The translations under genes were made by a program, and so were the position numbers. From contig OZ024746.1 in the NCBI GenBank assembly GCA_964016885.1, positions 13,268,001 through 13,332,000 of the forward strand: a stretch of 64,000 nt of DNA, given 5' to 3'. Under the pieces are notes generated by a model. The model made no database searches. It had not been told where the DNA came from and was given only the letters and a program-made list of their open reading frames with translations. This DNA is from Eledone cirrhosa (Eukaryota). This document shows, piece after piece, positions 1 through 13,006 of this stretch (its first letter is position 1; every line of letters begins with the position of its first letter).

Positions 1-1107
1 TTTGTGATAGAAACACTTATATAAATATATTTTCTAAATTGAGAAAAACGTAATATTTTTACTAGAGATATTTCATTTCTTTATGAAAGAACAAAGATTC
101 CAAACAAACTATTACAATGTACACAAACCCTAACAGACATTTCAGATGTAGAATACTTATAGTTACCATTCTAACATTTAATACTATGAGATTCTAATTT
201 TAGAAAGTAGAATCTATGGAATTTCTGACACACGTGATGTTGACATGTGTTGCTGCCTTTTTTATAATAAAACTAAATTACACCCATCACTCGCAATCTA
301 ATATGACTTGGTAATAAACATCATGATTTCACTATGGCTTTTAGGTACCTGAACAGTCATAAGCAGACACAGACACCCTCTCAACTCTCACTCACATCAT
401 CAAGGAGAACATCCAGGATATCAAAGAGAGCTATACCAGTGTTGGACTCCTACTTTCTTTATCAACACTGAAAGGATGAAAAATAAAATGGACTTTGGTG
501 AGATTTGAACTCAGAACACAGAGACATTGAACAAAGATCCAATGCTCAAATGACTGCCAAATTGACAGTCTTAACTGTGCTACTAGATATGTAAGCATCC
601 ACATAGATTGAACAATGAATTTCAATGACTGTGTTGTTAATATTTGCAACATTTACAGCAAAATATTAAGTATTCAGAGATTCTTACCTCAGTTTCAATC
701 ACTGGGATTTGAACTCAGAATACAGAGACCCAGAACAAATATCAAACTGTCTTTCACACTTTATATTAGTCAGAGCAAATGTAATTGATATAGACATTGC
801 TGTCAAAATTTCAATTTTGGCCATTAGATCCAACATCAGTCAGGTATATATTGTTTGTGACTAGTCTATCTTATCTGTGAGTTTATTTTAAAATTGTACT
901 GTGTTAAGAATATTGCCTCCATCATCAACCATTTAATTTTATAAGAGTATAGCAATGTTGTCCACTAGTATTTTCTATTCAGTTTTGTTCTATGTATCCA
1001 TACATGATTTTCATATTTATGAAGATCCCTTCTGACTTTATAGAAGAGAAAATCTTTTTATAAAAAACCAACAATGAAAACTAGTTTCACTGATTTTGAA
1101 TACCTAC

Positions 1108-1143
1108 CAGTAGTGGCTTGTTTAACTTCTTCAATTTTCTCTT
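1108..1143 (-). CDS. Array microexon, (E)EKIEEVKQATT
   Basis: Acceptor ...cttcgtag, donor gtaggt. 36 nt, phase 1-1. Confidence 0.75.
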
Positions 1144-2129
1144 CTACGAAGAGAAGCAAAAATCAATGAAGTTAAATAAAATTATCATGAAAAAGGGTGG
1201 ATAAAATACAATTTTTCTTTTTCATTTTGTAAAAATTATAAAACAACCAATTAAGGAGGACACCATAACATTTTCTCAACAAATCCATTAAATGTAGAAA
1301 GCTTTAAAGAATTTAAATATTATTGTTGTGATAGAAACAATTATATAAATATATTTTTTAAATTAAGAAAAATGTAACATCTTTACTAGAGATATTTCAT
1401 TTCTTTATAAAGGAACAAAGATTCCAAACAAACTATTAAACTATTACAACTTACATGACATCTAACAGACATTTCAGATGTAGAATACTTATAGTTACCA
1501 TTCTAACGTTTAATACTATGGGATTCTAATTTTAAAAAGTAGAATCTATGGGATTTTTGACACATTCATATTTTGATGTGGAATTTATTTTAGAAAAAAA
1601 GAAAAAAAGCCAGTTCCTAATACAAGAAAGTTATAAATTAACAATGTTAGTTAACAAAGAACCAACAAGAAAGCTTAACAGATCTTGCAAATATATTTTG
1701 TATTGAAAACACAATTGGGTTGTAATTTTAACCTATATTCTTTTCATATTTTTGCAAGAGTTTCATGTAGTTTATTTGGAACACTAAAGTTCCTAAATCC
1801 ATTATAAATGTTTCAAGACATTCAGAGTCTCAGAATAAAGTGATATTGATATGTGTTGCTGCCTCTTTATTATAAAACTAAACTACACCCATCGCTCGCA
1901 ATCTAATATGACTTGGTAATATACATCATGATTTCGCTATGGGTTTTAGGTACCTGAGCAGTCGCAAGCAGACACAAACACCCTCTCAACCCTCACACAC
2001 ATCATCAAGGAGAAGATCCAGGATGTGAAAGAGGGCTATTTATGAAGATCCCTTCTGACTTTATAGAAGAGAAAATCTTTTATAAAATAACAGAAATGAA
2101 AACAAGTTAAACTGATTTTAAATACCTAC

Positions 2130-2165
2130 CAGTCGTGGTTCGTTTAACTGCTTCAATTTTCTCTT
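2130..2165 (-). CDS. Array microexon, (E)EKIEAVKRTTT
   Basis: Acceptor ...cttggtag, donor gtaggt. 36 nt, phase 1-1. Confidence 0.72.
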
Positions 2166-3454
2166 CTACCAAGAGAGGCAAAAATCAATGAAGTTGAATA
2201 AAATTATTATGAAATAGGTTGGATAAAATACAATTTTTCTTTTTCATTTTGTAAAAATTATAAAACAACCAATTAAGGAGGAAACCATAATTTTTTCTTA
2301 ACAAACCCATTAAATGTAGAAAGCTTTAAAGCATTTAAATATTATTGCTGTGATAGAAACACTTATATAAATTTTTTTTTTAAATTAAGAACAATGTAAT
2401 ATATTTTTACTAGAGGTATTTCATTTCTTTATCAAAGAACAAAGATTCCAAACAAACTATTACAATGTACACAAACCCTAACAGACATTTCAGATGTAGA
2501 ATACTTATAGTTACCATCCTAACATTTAATACTATGTGATTCTAATTTTAGAAAGTACAATCTATGGAATTTCTGACACACGTGATGTTGACATGTGTTG
2601 CTGCCTTTTTTATAATAAAACTAAACTACACCCATCACTCGCAATCTAATATGACTTGGTAATATACATCATGATTTCGCTATAGGTTTTAGGTACCTGA
2701 ACAGTCACAAGCAGACACCGACACCCTCTCAACTCTCACTCACATCATCAAGGAGAACATCCAGGATGTCTAAGAGAGCTGTACCAGTGTTGGATTCCTA
2801 CTTTCTTTATCAACACTGAAGGGATGAAAAATAAAATTGACTTTGGTGAGATTTGAACTCAGAACACAGAGACATTGAACAAATATCCAATGCTCTAATG
2901 ACTGCCAAATTGACAGTCTTAACTGTGCTACTAGATATGTAAGCATCCACATAGATTGAACAATGAATTTCAATGACTGTGTTGTTAATATTTGCAACAT
3001 TTACAGCAAAATATTAAGTATTCAGAGATTCTTACCTCAGTTTCAATCACTGGGATTTGAACTCAGAATACAGAGACCCAGAACAAATATCAAACATCCC
3101 TTCAACGCTTTATATTAGTCAGAGCAAATGTAATTGATATAGACATTGCTGCCAAAATTTCAATTTTGGCCATATATACCATCAGTCAGGTATATATTGT
3201 TTGTGACTAGTCTATCTTATCTGTGAGTTTATTTTAAAATTGTACTGTGTTAAGAATATTGCCTCCATCATCAACCATTTAATTTTATAAGAGTATAGCA
3301 ATGTTGTCCACTAGTATTTTTCTATTCAGTTTTGTTCTATGTATCCATATATGATTTTAATATTTATGTAGATCCCTTCTGACTTTATAGAAGAGAAAAT
3401 CTTTGTATAAAAAACCAACAACGAAAGCTAGTTGAACTTATTTTGAATACCTAC

Positions 3455-3490
3455 CAGTAGTGGCTTGTTTAACTTCTTCAATTTTCACTT
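3455..3490 (-). CDS. Array microexon, (E)VKIEEVKQATT
   Basis: Acceptor ...cttcatag, donor gtaggt. 36 nt, phase 1-1. Confidence 0.72.
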
Positions 3491-4009
3491 CTATGAAGAG
3501 AAGCAAAAATCAATGAAGTTAAATAAAATTATCATGAAAGAGGGTGGATAAAATACAATTTTTCTTCATTTTGTAAAAATTATAAAACAACCAAGGGGGA
3601 ACCATAACATTTTCTTAACAAATCCATTAAATGAAGAAAGCTTTAAAGAATTTAAATATTATTGTTGTGATAGAAACACTTATATAAATATAGATTTTTT
3701 AAATTAAGGAAAATGTAATATCTTTACTAGAGATATTTCACTTCTTTATGAAAGAACAAAGATTCCAAACAAACTATTACCACGTACACAAAATCTAACA
3801 GACATTTCACATGTAGAATACTTATAGTTACCATTCTAACGTTTAATACTATGCGATTCTAATTTCAGAAAGTAGAATCTATGGAATTTTTGACACATTC
3901 ATATTTTAATGTGGAATTTATTTCAGAAAAAAGAAAAAAAGTCAGTTCCTAATACAAGAAAGTTATAAATTAACAATGAAAGCTAGTTTAACTTATTTTG
4001 AATACCTAC

Positions 4010-4045
4010 CGGTAGTGGCTTGTTTAACTTCTTTGATTTTCTCTT
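4010..4045 (-). CDS. Array microexon, (E)EKIKEVKQATT
   Basis: Acceptor ...cttcatag, donor gtaggt. 36 nt, phase 1-1. Confidence 0.72.
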
Positions 4046-5582
4046 CTATGAAGAGAAGCAAAAATCAATGAAGTTAAATAAAATTATCATGAAAGAGGGT
4101 GGATAAAATACAATTTTTCTTTTTCATTTTGTAAAAATTATAAAACAACCGATTAATGAGGAAACCATAACATTTTCTTCGCAAACCCATTAAATGTAGA
4201 ATGCTTTAAAGCATTTAAATATTATTTTTGTGATAGAAACACTTATATAAATATATTTTTTAAATTAAGAAAAATGTAATATCTTTACTAGAGGTATTTC
4301 ATTTCTTTATGAAAGAACAAAGATTCCAAACAAACTATTACAACATACTTATAGTTACCATTCTAACGTTTAATACTATGTGATTCTAATTTTTAAAAAG
4401 TAGAATCTATGGAATTTCTGACAAATTCATATTTTAATGTAGAATTTCTTGCAGAAAAAAAGTCAGTTCCTAATACAAGAAAGTTATCAATTAACAATGT
4501 TAGTTAACAAAGAACCAAAGAGAAAGCTTAACAGATCTTGCAAATATATTTTGTATTGAAAACACAATTGGGTTGTAATTTTAACCTATTTAAATATTCT
4601 TTTCATATTTTTGCAAGAGTTTTATGTAGTTTGTTTAGAACAGTAAAGTTCTTAAATCCATTATAAATGTTTCAAGACATTCAGAGTCTCGGAATAAAGT
4701 GATGTTGATATGTGTTGCTATCTCTTTATAATAAAACTAAACTACACCCATCACTTGAAATCTCATATGACTTGACAATATACATCATGATTTCGCTATG
4801 GGTTTTAGGTACATGAACAGTCGGAAGCAGACACAAACACCCTCTCAACCCTCACTCACATCATCAAGGAGAACATCCAGGATATCAAAGAGAGCTGTAC
4901 CAGTGTTGGACTCCTACTTTCTTTATCAACACTGAAGGGATGAAAAATAAAATGGACGTTGGTGAGATTTGAACTCAGAACACAGAGACATTGAACAAAG
5001 ATCCAATGCTCTAATGACTGCCAAATTGACAGTCTTAACTGTGCTACTAGATATGTAAGCATCCACATAGATTGAACAATGAATTTCAATGACTGTGTTG
5101 TTAATATTTGCAACATTTACAGCAAAATAATAAGTATTCAGAGATTCTTACCTCAGTTTCAATCACTAGAATTTGAACTCAGAATACAGAGACCCAGAAC
5201 AAATATCAAACCGACTTCCACATTTTATAGTAGTCAGAGCAAATGTAATTGATATAGACATTGCTGCCAAAATTTCAATTTTGGTCATTAGATCCAACAT
5301 GAGTCAGGTATATATTGTTTGTGATTAGTGTATGTTATCGGTGTGTTTATTTTAAAATTGTACTATGTTAAGAATAGTACCTCCATCATCAATCGCTTAA
5401 TTTTATAAGGATTCTGTAGAGTATAGCAATGTTGTTCACTAGTATTTTTCTATTCAGTTTTGTTCTATGTATCCATACATGATTTTCATATTTATGAAGA
5501 TCCCTTCTGACTTTATAGAAGAGAAAATCTTTTTATAAAAAACCAACAACGAAAACTAGTTGAACTTATTTTGAATACCTAC

Positions 5583-5618
5583 CAGTAGTGGCTTGTTTAA
5601 CTTCTTCAATTTTCTCTT
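5583..5618 (-). CDS. Array microexon, (E)EKIEEVKQATT
   Basis: Acceptor ...cttcgtag, donor gtaggt. 36 nt, phase 1-1. Confidence 0.75.
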
Positions 5619-6700
5619 CTACGAAGAGAAGCAAAAATCAATGAAGTTAAATAAAATTATCATGAAAGAGGGTGGATAAAATACAATCTTTCTTTTTCAT
5701 TTTGTAAAAATTATAAAACAACCAATTAAGGGGGAAATGATAACATTTTCTTAAGAAACCCATTAAATGTAGAAAGCTTTAAAACATTTAAATATTATTG
5801 TTGTGATAGAAACACTTATATAAATATAGATTTTTTTAAATTAAGAAAAATGTAATATCTTTACTAGAGATATTTCATTTCTTTATGAAAGAACAAAGAT
5901 TCCAAACAAACTATTACAACATAGACAACATCTAACAGACATTTCACACGCAGAATACTTATTTTATAGTTACCATTCTAACGTTTAATACTATGTGATT
6001 CTAATTTTAAAAAGTAGAATCTATGGAATTTTTGACACATTCATATTTTAATGTGGAATTTATTTCAGAAAAAAGAAAAAAAGCCAGTTCCTAATATAGG
6101 AAAGTTATAAATTAACAACATTAGTTAACAAAGAACCAAAAAGAAAGCTTAACAGATCTTGCAAATGTATTTTGTATTGAAAACACAATTGGGTTGTAAT
6201 TTTAACCTATTTATGTATTCTTTTCATATTTTTGCAAGAGTTTCATGCAGTTTGTTTGGAACAGTAAAGTTCCTAAATCCATCATAAATGTTTCAAGACA
6301 TTCAGAGTCTCAGAATAAAGTGATGTTGATATGTGTTGCTATCTCTTTATAATAAAACTAAACTACACCCATCACTCGTAATCTAATTTTACTAATCTAA
6401 TATTACATTATGATTTCGCTATGGGTTTTAGGTACATGAACAGTCACAAGCAGACACAGACACCCTCTCAACCCTCACTCACATCATCAAGGAGAACATC
6501 CAGGATGTCAAAGAGAGCTGAACCAGTGTTGGACTCCTACTTTCTTTATCAACACTGAAGGGATGAAAAATAAAATGGACCTTGGTGAGATTTGAACTCA
6601 GAACACAGAGACATTGAACAAATATCCAACATGCTAACAACTATCTGAAATCAACTTCCACTCTTTATAGTAGTCAGAGCAAATGTGATTTGATATAGAC

Positions 6701-6860
6701 CAATGGTTCCCAAAGTCGGTTCCGCAAAGCAGTGTCTAGGGAACCGTGGAAAAAGCAGAGGAGTATATTACGACCATATAACAATATTTGATTTTTGGGT
6801 CCCGCCAGAAGTTTTTGAACCAAAAAGGGTTCTGTGTTTCAAAAAGCTAGGAAAACCCTG
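6701..6860. mobile_element. Non-autonomous hAT (Charlie-like) MITE inserted in one array unit
   Basis: 8-bp TSD atatagac at 6693-6700 and 6861-6868. Ends caatggttcccaaa...ggaaaaccctg. Sister units show the empty site gatatagacattgc. Confidence 0.8.
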
Positions 6861-7175
6861 ATATAGACATTGCTTCCAAAATTTGAATTTTGGCCATTAG
6901 GTCCAACATCAGTCAGGTATATATTGCTTGTGACTAGTCTATGTTATCTGTGAGTTTATTTTAAAATTGTACTATGTTAAGAATATGGCCTCCATCATCA
7001 ATCATTAAATTTTATAAAGGTTCTGTAGACTATAGCTGTGTTGTCCACTATTATTGTTCTATACATTCATACATGATTTTCATATTTATGAAGATCCCTT
7101 CTGACTTTATAGAAGAGAAAATCTTTTATAAAAGAACAAAAATGAAAACTAGTTTAACTGATTTTAAATACCTAC

Positions 7176-7211
7176 CAGTTGTGGTTCGTTTAACTGCTTC
7201 AATTTTCTCTT
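7176..7211 (-). CDS. Array microexon, (E)EKIEAVKRTTT
   Basis: Acceptor ...cttaatag, donor gtaggt. 36 nt, phase 1-1. Confidence 0.72.
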
Positions 7212-8757
7212 CTATTAAGAGAAGCAAAAATCAATGAAGTTGAATAAAATAGGATGGATAAAATGCAATTGTTCTTTTTCATTTTGTAAAAATTATGAAA
7301 CAACCAATTAAGGAGGAAACCATAATTTTTTCTTAACAAACCCATTAAATGTAGAAAGCTTTAAAGCATTTAAATATTATTGTTGTGATAGAAACACCTA
7401 TATGAATATATTTTTTAAATTAATAAAAATGTAATATTTTACTAGAGGTTTTCATTTCTTTATGAAAGAACAAAGATTCCAAACAAACTATTAAACTATT
7501 ACAACGTACACAAAATCTAACAGACATTTCACACGTAGAATACTTATAGTTACCATTCTAATGTTTAATACTATGGGACTCTAATTTTAAAAAGTAGAAT
7601 CTATGGAATTTCTGACACATTCATATTTTAATGTGGAATTTATTTCAGAAAAAAGAAAAAAAGTCAGTTCCTAATACAAGAAAGTTATAAATTAACAACA
7701 TTAGTTAACAAAGAACCAAAGAGAAAGCTTAACAGATCTTGCAAATATATTTTGTATTGAAAACACAATTGGGTTGTAATTTTAACCTATTTAAATATTC
7801 TTTTCATATTTTTGCAAGAGTTTCTTGTAGTTTGTTTGGAACAGTAAAGTTCCTAATTCCATTATAAATGTTTCAAGACATTCAGAGTCTCGGAATAAAG
7901 TGATATTGACATGTGTTGCTGCCTCTTTATAATAAAACTAAACTACACCCATCACTCGCAATCTAATATGACTTGACAATATACATCATGATTTCGCTAT
8001 GGGTTTTAGGTACCTGAACAGTCGGAAGCAGACACAGACACCATCTCAACCCTCACTCACATCATCAAGGAGAACATCCAGGATATCAAAGAGAGCTGTA
8101 CCAGTGTTGGACTCCTACTTTCTTTATCAACACTGAAGGGATGAAAAATAAAATGGACGTTGGTGAGATTTGAACTCAGAACACAGAGACATTGAACAAA
8201 GATCCAATGCTCTAATGACTGCCAAATTGACAGTCTTAACTGTGCTACTAGATATGTAAGCATCCACATAGATTGAACAATGAATTTCAATGACTGTGTT
8301 GTTAATATTTGCATCATTTACAGCAAAATAATAAGTATTCAGAGATTCTTACCTCAGTTTCAATCACTAGGATTTGAACTCAGAATACAGAGATCCAGAA
8401 CAAATATCAAACACAACTTCCACACTTTATAGTAGTCAGAGCAAATGTAATTGATACTAAAATTTTAATTTTAGGCATTAGATCTAACATCAGTCAGGTA
8501 TATATTGCGTGTGCCTAGTCTATGTTATCTGTGTGTTTATTTTTAAATTGTACTATGTTAAGAATATTGCATCCATCAACAATCATTTAATTTTATAAAG
8601 GCTCTGTAGAGTATAGCTGTGTTGTCCACTAGTATTGTTCTATGTATCCATACATGATTTTAATATTTATGAAGATCCCTTCTAACTTTATAGAAGAGAA
8701 AATCTTTTTATAAAAAACCAAAAACGAAAACTAGTTTAACTGATTTTGAATACGTAC

Positions 8758-8793
8758 CAGTAGTGGCTTGTATAACCTCTTCAATTTTCTCTT
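8758..8793 (-). CDS. Array microexon, (E)EKIEEVIQATT
   Basis: AG acceptor, donor gtacgt. 36 nt, phase 1-1. Confidence 0.72.
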
Positions 8794-9777
8794 CTATCAA
8801 GAGAAGCAAAAATCAATGAAGTTGAATAAAATTATCATGAAATAGGTTGGATAAAATACAACTTTTCTTCTTCATTTTGTAAAAATTATAAAACAACCAA
8901 TTAAGGAGGAAACCATAACATTTTCTTAACAAATCCATTAAATGTAGAAAGCTTTAAAGAATTTAAATATCATTTTGTGAGAGAAACACTTATATAAATA
9001 TAGATTTTTTAAATTAAGGAAAATGTAATATCTTTACTAGAGGTATTTCACTTCTTTATGAAAGAACAAACATTCCAAACAAACTATTACAACGTACACA
9101 ACATCTAACAGACATTTCAGACGTAGAATACTTATAGTTACCATTCTAATGTTTAATACTATGGGATTCTAATTTCAGAAAGTAGAATCTATGGAATTTC
9201 TGACACATTCATATTTTAATGTGGAATTTATTTCAGAAAAAAGAAAAAAAGTCAGTTCCTAATACAAGAAAGTTATCAATTAACAATGTTAGTTAACAAA
9301 GAACCAAAGAGAAAGCTTAACAGATCTTGCAAATATATTTTGTATTGAAAACACAATTGGGTTGTAATTTTAACCTATTTATATTTTTTTTCATATTTTT
9401 GCAAGAGTTTCTTGTAGTTTGTTTGGAACAGTAAAGTTCCTAAATCCATTATAAATGTTTCGAGACATTCAGAGTCTCAGAATAAAGTGATATTGACATG
9501 TGTTGCTGCCTCTTTATAATAAAACTAAACTACACCCATCACTTGAAATCTCATATGACTTGACAATATACATCATGATTTCGCTATGGGTTTTAGGTAC
9601 CTGAATAGTCACAAGCAGACACCAACACCCTCTCAACCCTCACTCACATCATCAAAGAGAACATCCAGGATGTCAAAGAGAGCTATTTATGAAGATCCCT
9701 TCTGACTTTATAGAAGAGAAAATCTTTTTATAAAAAACCAAAAACGAAAACTAGTTTAACTGATTTTGAATACGTAC

Positions 9778-9813
9778 CAGTAGTGGCTTGTATAACCTCT
9801 TCAATTTTCTCTT
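9778..9813 (-). CDS. Array microexon, (E)EKIEEVIQATT
   Basis: AG acceptor, donor gtacgt. 36 nt, phase 1-1. Confidence 0.72.
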
Positions 9814-10785
9814 CTATCAAGAGAAGCAAAAATCAATGAAGTTGAATAAAATTATCATGAAAGAGGGTGGATAAAATACAATCTTTCTTCTTCATTTTGT
9901 AAAAATTATAAAACAACCAATTAAGGAGAAACCATAACATTTTCTTAACAAATCCATTAAATGTAGAAAGCTTTAAAGAATTTAAATATTATTTTTGTGA
10001 TAGAAACACTTATATAAATATATTTTTTAAATTAAGGAAAATGTAATATCTTTACTAGAGGTATTTCACTTCTTTATGAAAGAACAAACATTCCAAACAG
10101 ACTATTACAACGTACATAAAATCTAACAGACATTTCACACGTAGAATACTTATAGTTACCATTCTAACGTTTAATACTATGGGATTCTAATTTTAGAAAG
10201 TAGAATCTATGAAATTTTTGACACATTCATATTTTAATGTGGAATTTATTTCAGAAAAAAGAAAAAAGTCAGTTCCTAATACAAGAAAGTTATAAATTAA
10301 CAACATTAGTTAACAAAGAACCAAAAAGAAAGCTTATCATATCTTGCAAATATATTTTGTATTGAAAACACAATTGGGTTGTAATTTTAATCTATTTATA
10401 TATTTTTTCAGGTTTTTGTTAAAGTTTCTTGTAGTTTGTTTGGAACAGTAAAGTTCCTAAATACATTATAAATGTTTCAAGACATTCAGAGTCTCGGAAT
10501 AAAGTGATATTGATATGTGTTACTATCTCTTTATAATAAAACTAAACTACACCCATCACTTGAAATCTCATATGACTTGACAATATACATTATGATTTCG
10601 CTACGGGTTTTAGGTTCCTGAGCAGTCGCAAGCAGACACAGACACCATCTCAACCCTCACTCACATCATCAAAGAGAACATCCAGGATGTGAAAGAGGGC
10701 TATTTATGAAGATCCCTTCTGACTTTATAGAAGAGAAAATCTTTTATAAAACAACAGAAATGGAAACTAGATTTTAAATACCTAC

Positions 10786-10821
10786 CAGTAGTGGCTTGTA
10801 TAACTGCTTCAATTTTGTCTT
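10786..10821 (-). CDS. Array microexon, (E)DKIEAVIQATT
   Basis: Same acceptor context, donor gtaggt. 36 nt, phase 1-1. Confidence 0.72.
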
Positions 10822-11970
10822 CTATCAAGAGAAGCAAAAATCAACGAAGTTAAAGAAAAATATGAAAGAGGGTGGATAAAAGATGATTTTTGTTTTACAT
10901 TTTGTAAAAATTATAAAACAGTCAATTAAGGAGGAAACCATAACATTTTCTTCACAAACCCATTAAATGTAGAATGCTTTAAAGCATTTAAATATTATTT
11001 TTGTGATAGAAACACTTATATAAATATAATTTTTAAATTAAGAAAAATGTAATATCTTTACTAGAGGTATTTCATTTCTTTATGAAAGAACAAAGATTCC
11101 AAACAAACTATTACAACATACTTATAGTTACCATTCTAACGTTTAATACTATGTGATTCTAATTTTAGAAAGTAGAATCTATGGAATTTCTGACAAATTC
11201 ATATTTTAATGTAGAATTTCTTGCAGAAAAAAAGAAAAAAAGCCAGTTCCTAATACAAGAAAGTTATAAATTAACAACGTTAGTTAACAAAGAACCAAAA
11301 AGAAAGCTTAACAGATCTTGCAAATATATTTTGTATTGAAAACACAATTGGGTTGTAATTTTAATCTATTTATATATTTTTTCCATATTTTTGCAAGAGT
11401 TTTTTGTAGTTTGTTTAGAACAGTAAAGTTCCTAAGTCCATTATAAATGTTTCAAGACATTCAGAGTCTCAGAATAAAGTGATATTGCAACATTTACAGC
11501 AAAATATTTGCAATATTTACAGGAAAATAATAAGTATTCAGAGATTCTTACCTCAGTTTCAATCACTAGGATTTGAAATCAGAATACAGAGACCCAGAAC
11601 AAATATCAAACACGCCACCCACACTTTATTATAGTAGTCAGAGCAAATGTAATTGATATAGACATTGCTGCCAAAATTTGAAATTGGTCATTAGATCCAA
11701 TATCGGTCAGGTATATATTGCTTGTGACTAGTCTATGTTATCTGTGTGTTTATTTTTAAATTGTACTATGTTAAGAATATTGCATCCATCATCAATCATT
11801 TAATTTGATAAAGATTCTGTAGAGTATAGCTGTGTTGTCCACTAGTATTGTTCTATGTTACCATACATGATTTTCATATTTATGAAGATCCCTTCTAACT
11901 TTATAGAAGAGAAAATCTTTTTATAAAAAACCAAAAACGAAAACTAGTTTAACTGATTTTAAATACCTAC

Positions 11971-12006
11971 CAGTAGTGGCTTGTATAACCTCTTCAATTT
12001 TCTCTT
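11971..12006 (-). CDS. Array microexon, (E)EKIEEVIQATT
   Basis: tttttgcttctcttgatag|AAGAG...ACTG|gtaggt. 36 nt, phase 1-1. Confidence 0.75.
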
Positions 12007-13006
12007 CTATCAAGAGAAGCAAAAATCAATGAAGTTGAATAAAATTATTATGAAATAGGTTGGATAAAATACAATCTTTCTTCTTCATTTTGTAAAAATT
12101 ATAAAACAACCAATTAAGGAGAAACCATAACATTTTCTTAAGAAACCCATTAAATGTAGAAAGCTTTAAAACATTTAAATATTATTGTTGTGATAGAAAC
12201 ACTTATATAAATATATTTTTTAAATTAAGAAAAATGTAATATTTTTACTAGAGATATTTCATTTCTTTATGAAAGAACAAAGATTCCAAACAAACTATTT
12301 CAACGTTCACAAAATCTAACAGACATTTCAGACGTAGAAGTGACCATTCTAACATTTAATACTATGTGATTCTAATTTTAGAAGGTACAATGTATGGAAT
12401 TCTGACACATTCATATTTTAATGTGGAAATTATTTCAGAATAAAAAAGCCAGTTTCTAATACAAAAAAAGTTATAAAATAACAACATTATTTAACAAACA
12501 ACAAAAAAAGAAAGGTTAACAGATCTTGCTATATAATTTCAAAACTTGATTATCTATCTCTGCCAACTGCCAGGACACTCATCTGCCTTTACACCCCTTC
12601 CCAAAACTTTCTATCCATCAGCAATCTGAACTCTCCTACATTATTGACTCTGGTATCTTCCAGAAGGATATCAATGAAATTTCTTTTCCTTCTACCCTTG
12701 ATTGTGTATCCATCTGATAGTTCCTAGAAAAGAAGATCACTTGCTATCTTGTCACGGCATGGCCACAATGAGAACAACTGAACAATGAAGACCAGCCAAA
12801 AATATACTAAATAGCTTTAAAATATAACATATATCATGATGTTACATCAAATGCTATAATCTTAAATTATGTGGCAAATAGAAAAACTAATAAACTTATA
12901 AGAAACCACAACTAAATAAAAAATATATAACTTAATGATCATAGTTCAATTTAATAACCCAGTTTTCTAGGTACAATAAATACTATTCATTATTTTATCG
13001 TTTTCA

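Larger units (their letters stand above)
1..12540. repeat. Tandem array of 0.55-1.6 kb exon-containing units, truncated by the window start
   Basis: Recurring blocks such as gtgatagaaacacttatataaat and gaagatcccttctgactttatagaagag. Exon-to-exon spacings are 1022, 1325, 555, 1573, 1593, 1582, 1020, 1008 and 1185 bp. Confidence 0.97.

Noticed and set aside
167-193. Second AG..GT-bounded 27-nt block in each array unit (aatctcatagtattaaatgttagaatg|gtaact)
   Set aside because: It has a TAG in the phase-1 gene frame, a weak pyrimidine tract, and the donor context is lost in the copy near 12345. A poison-exon role cannot be excluded but is unsupported.
683-750. Strong minus-strand donor GAG|gtaaga in the long array units
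   Set aside because: No conserved acceptor across units, and the upstream sequence is SINE-derived.
431-8317. Recurrent ORF MLQILTTQSLKF... (4 copies) and the plus-strand ORF 6974-7237
   Set aside because: They overlap a decayed SINE inside the array units, have variable stops and are deleted from several units. The plus ORF is antisense to the microexon.
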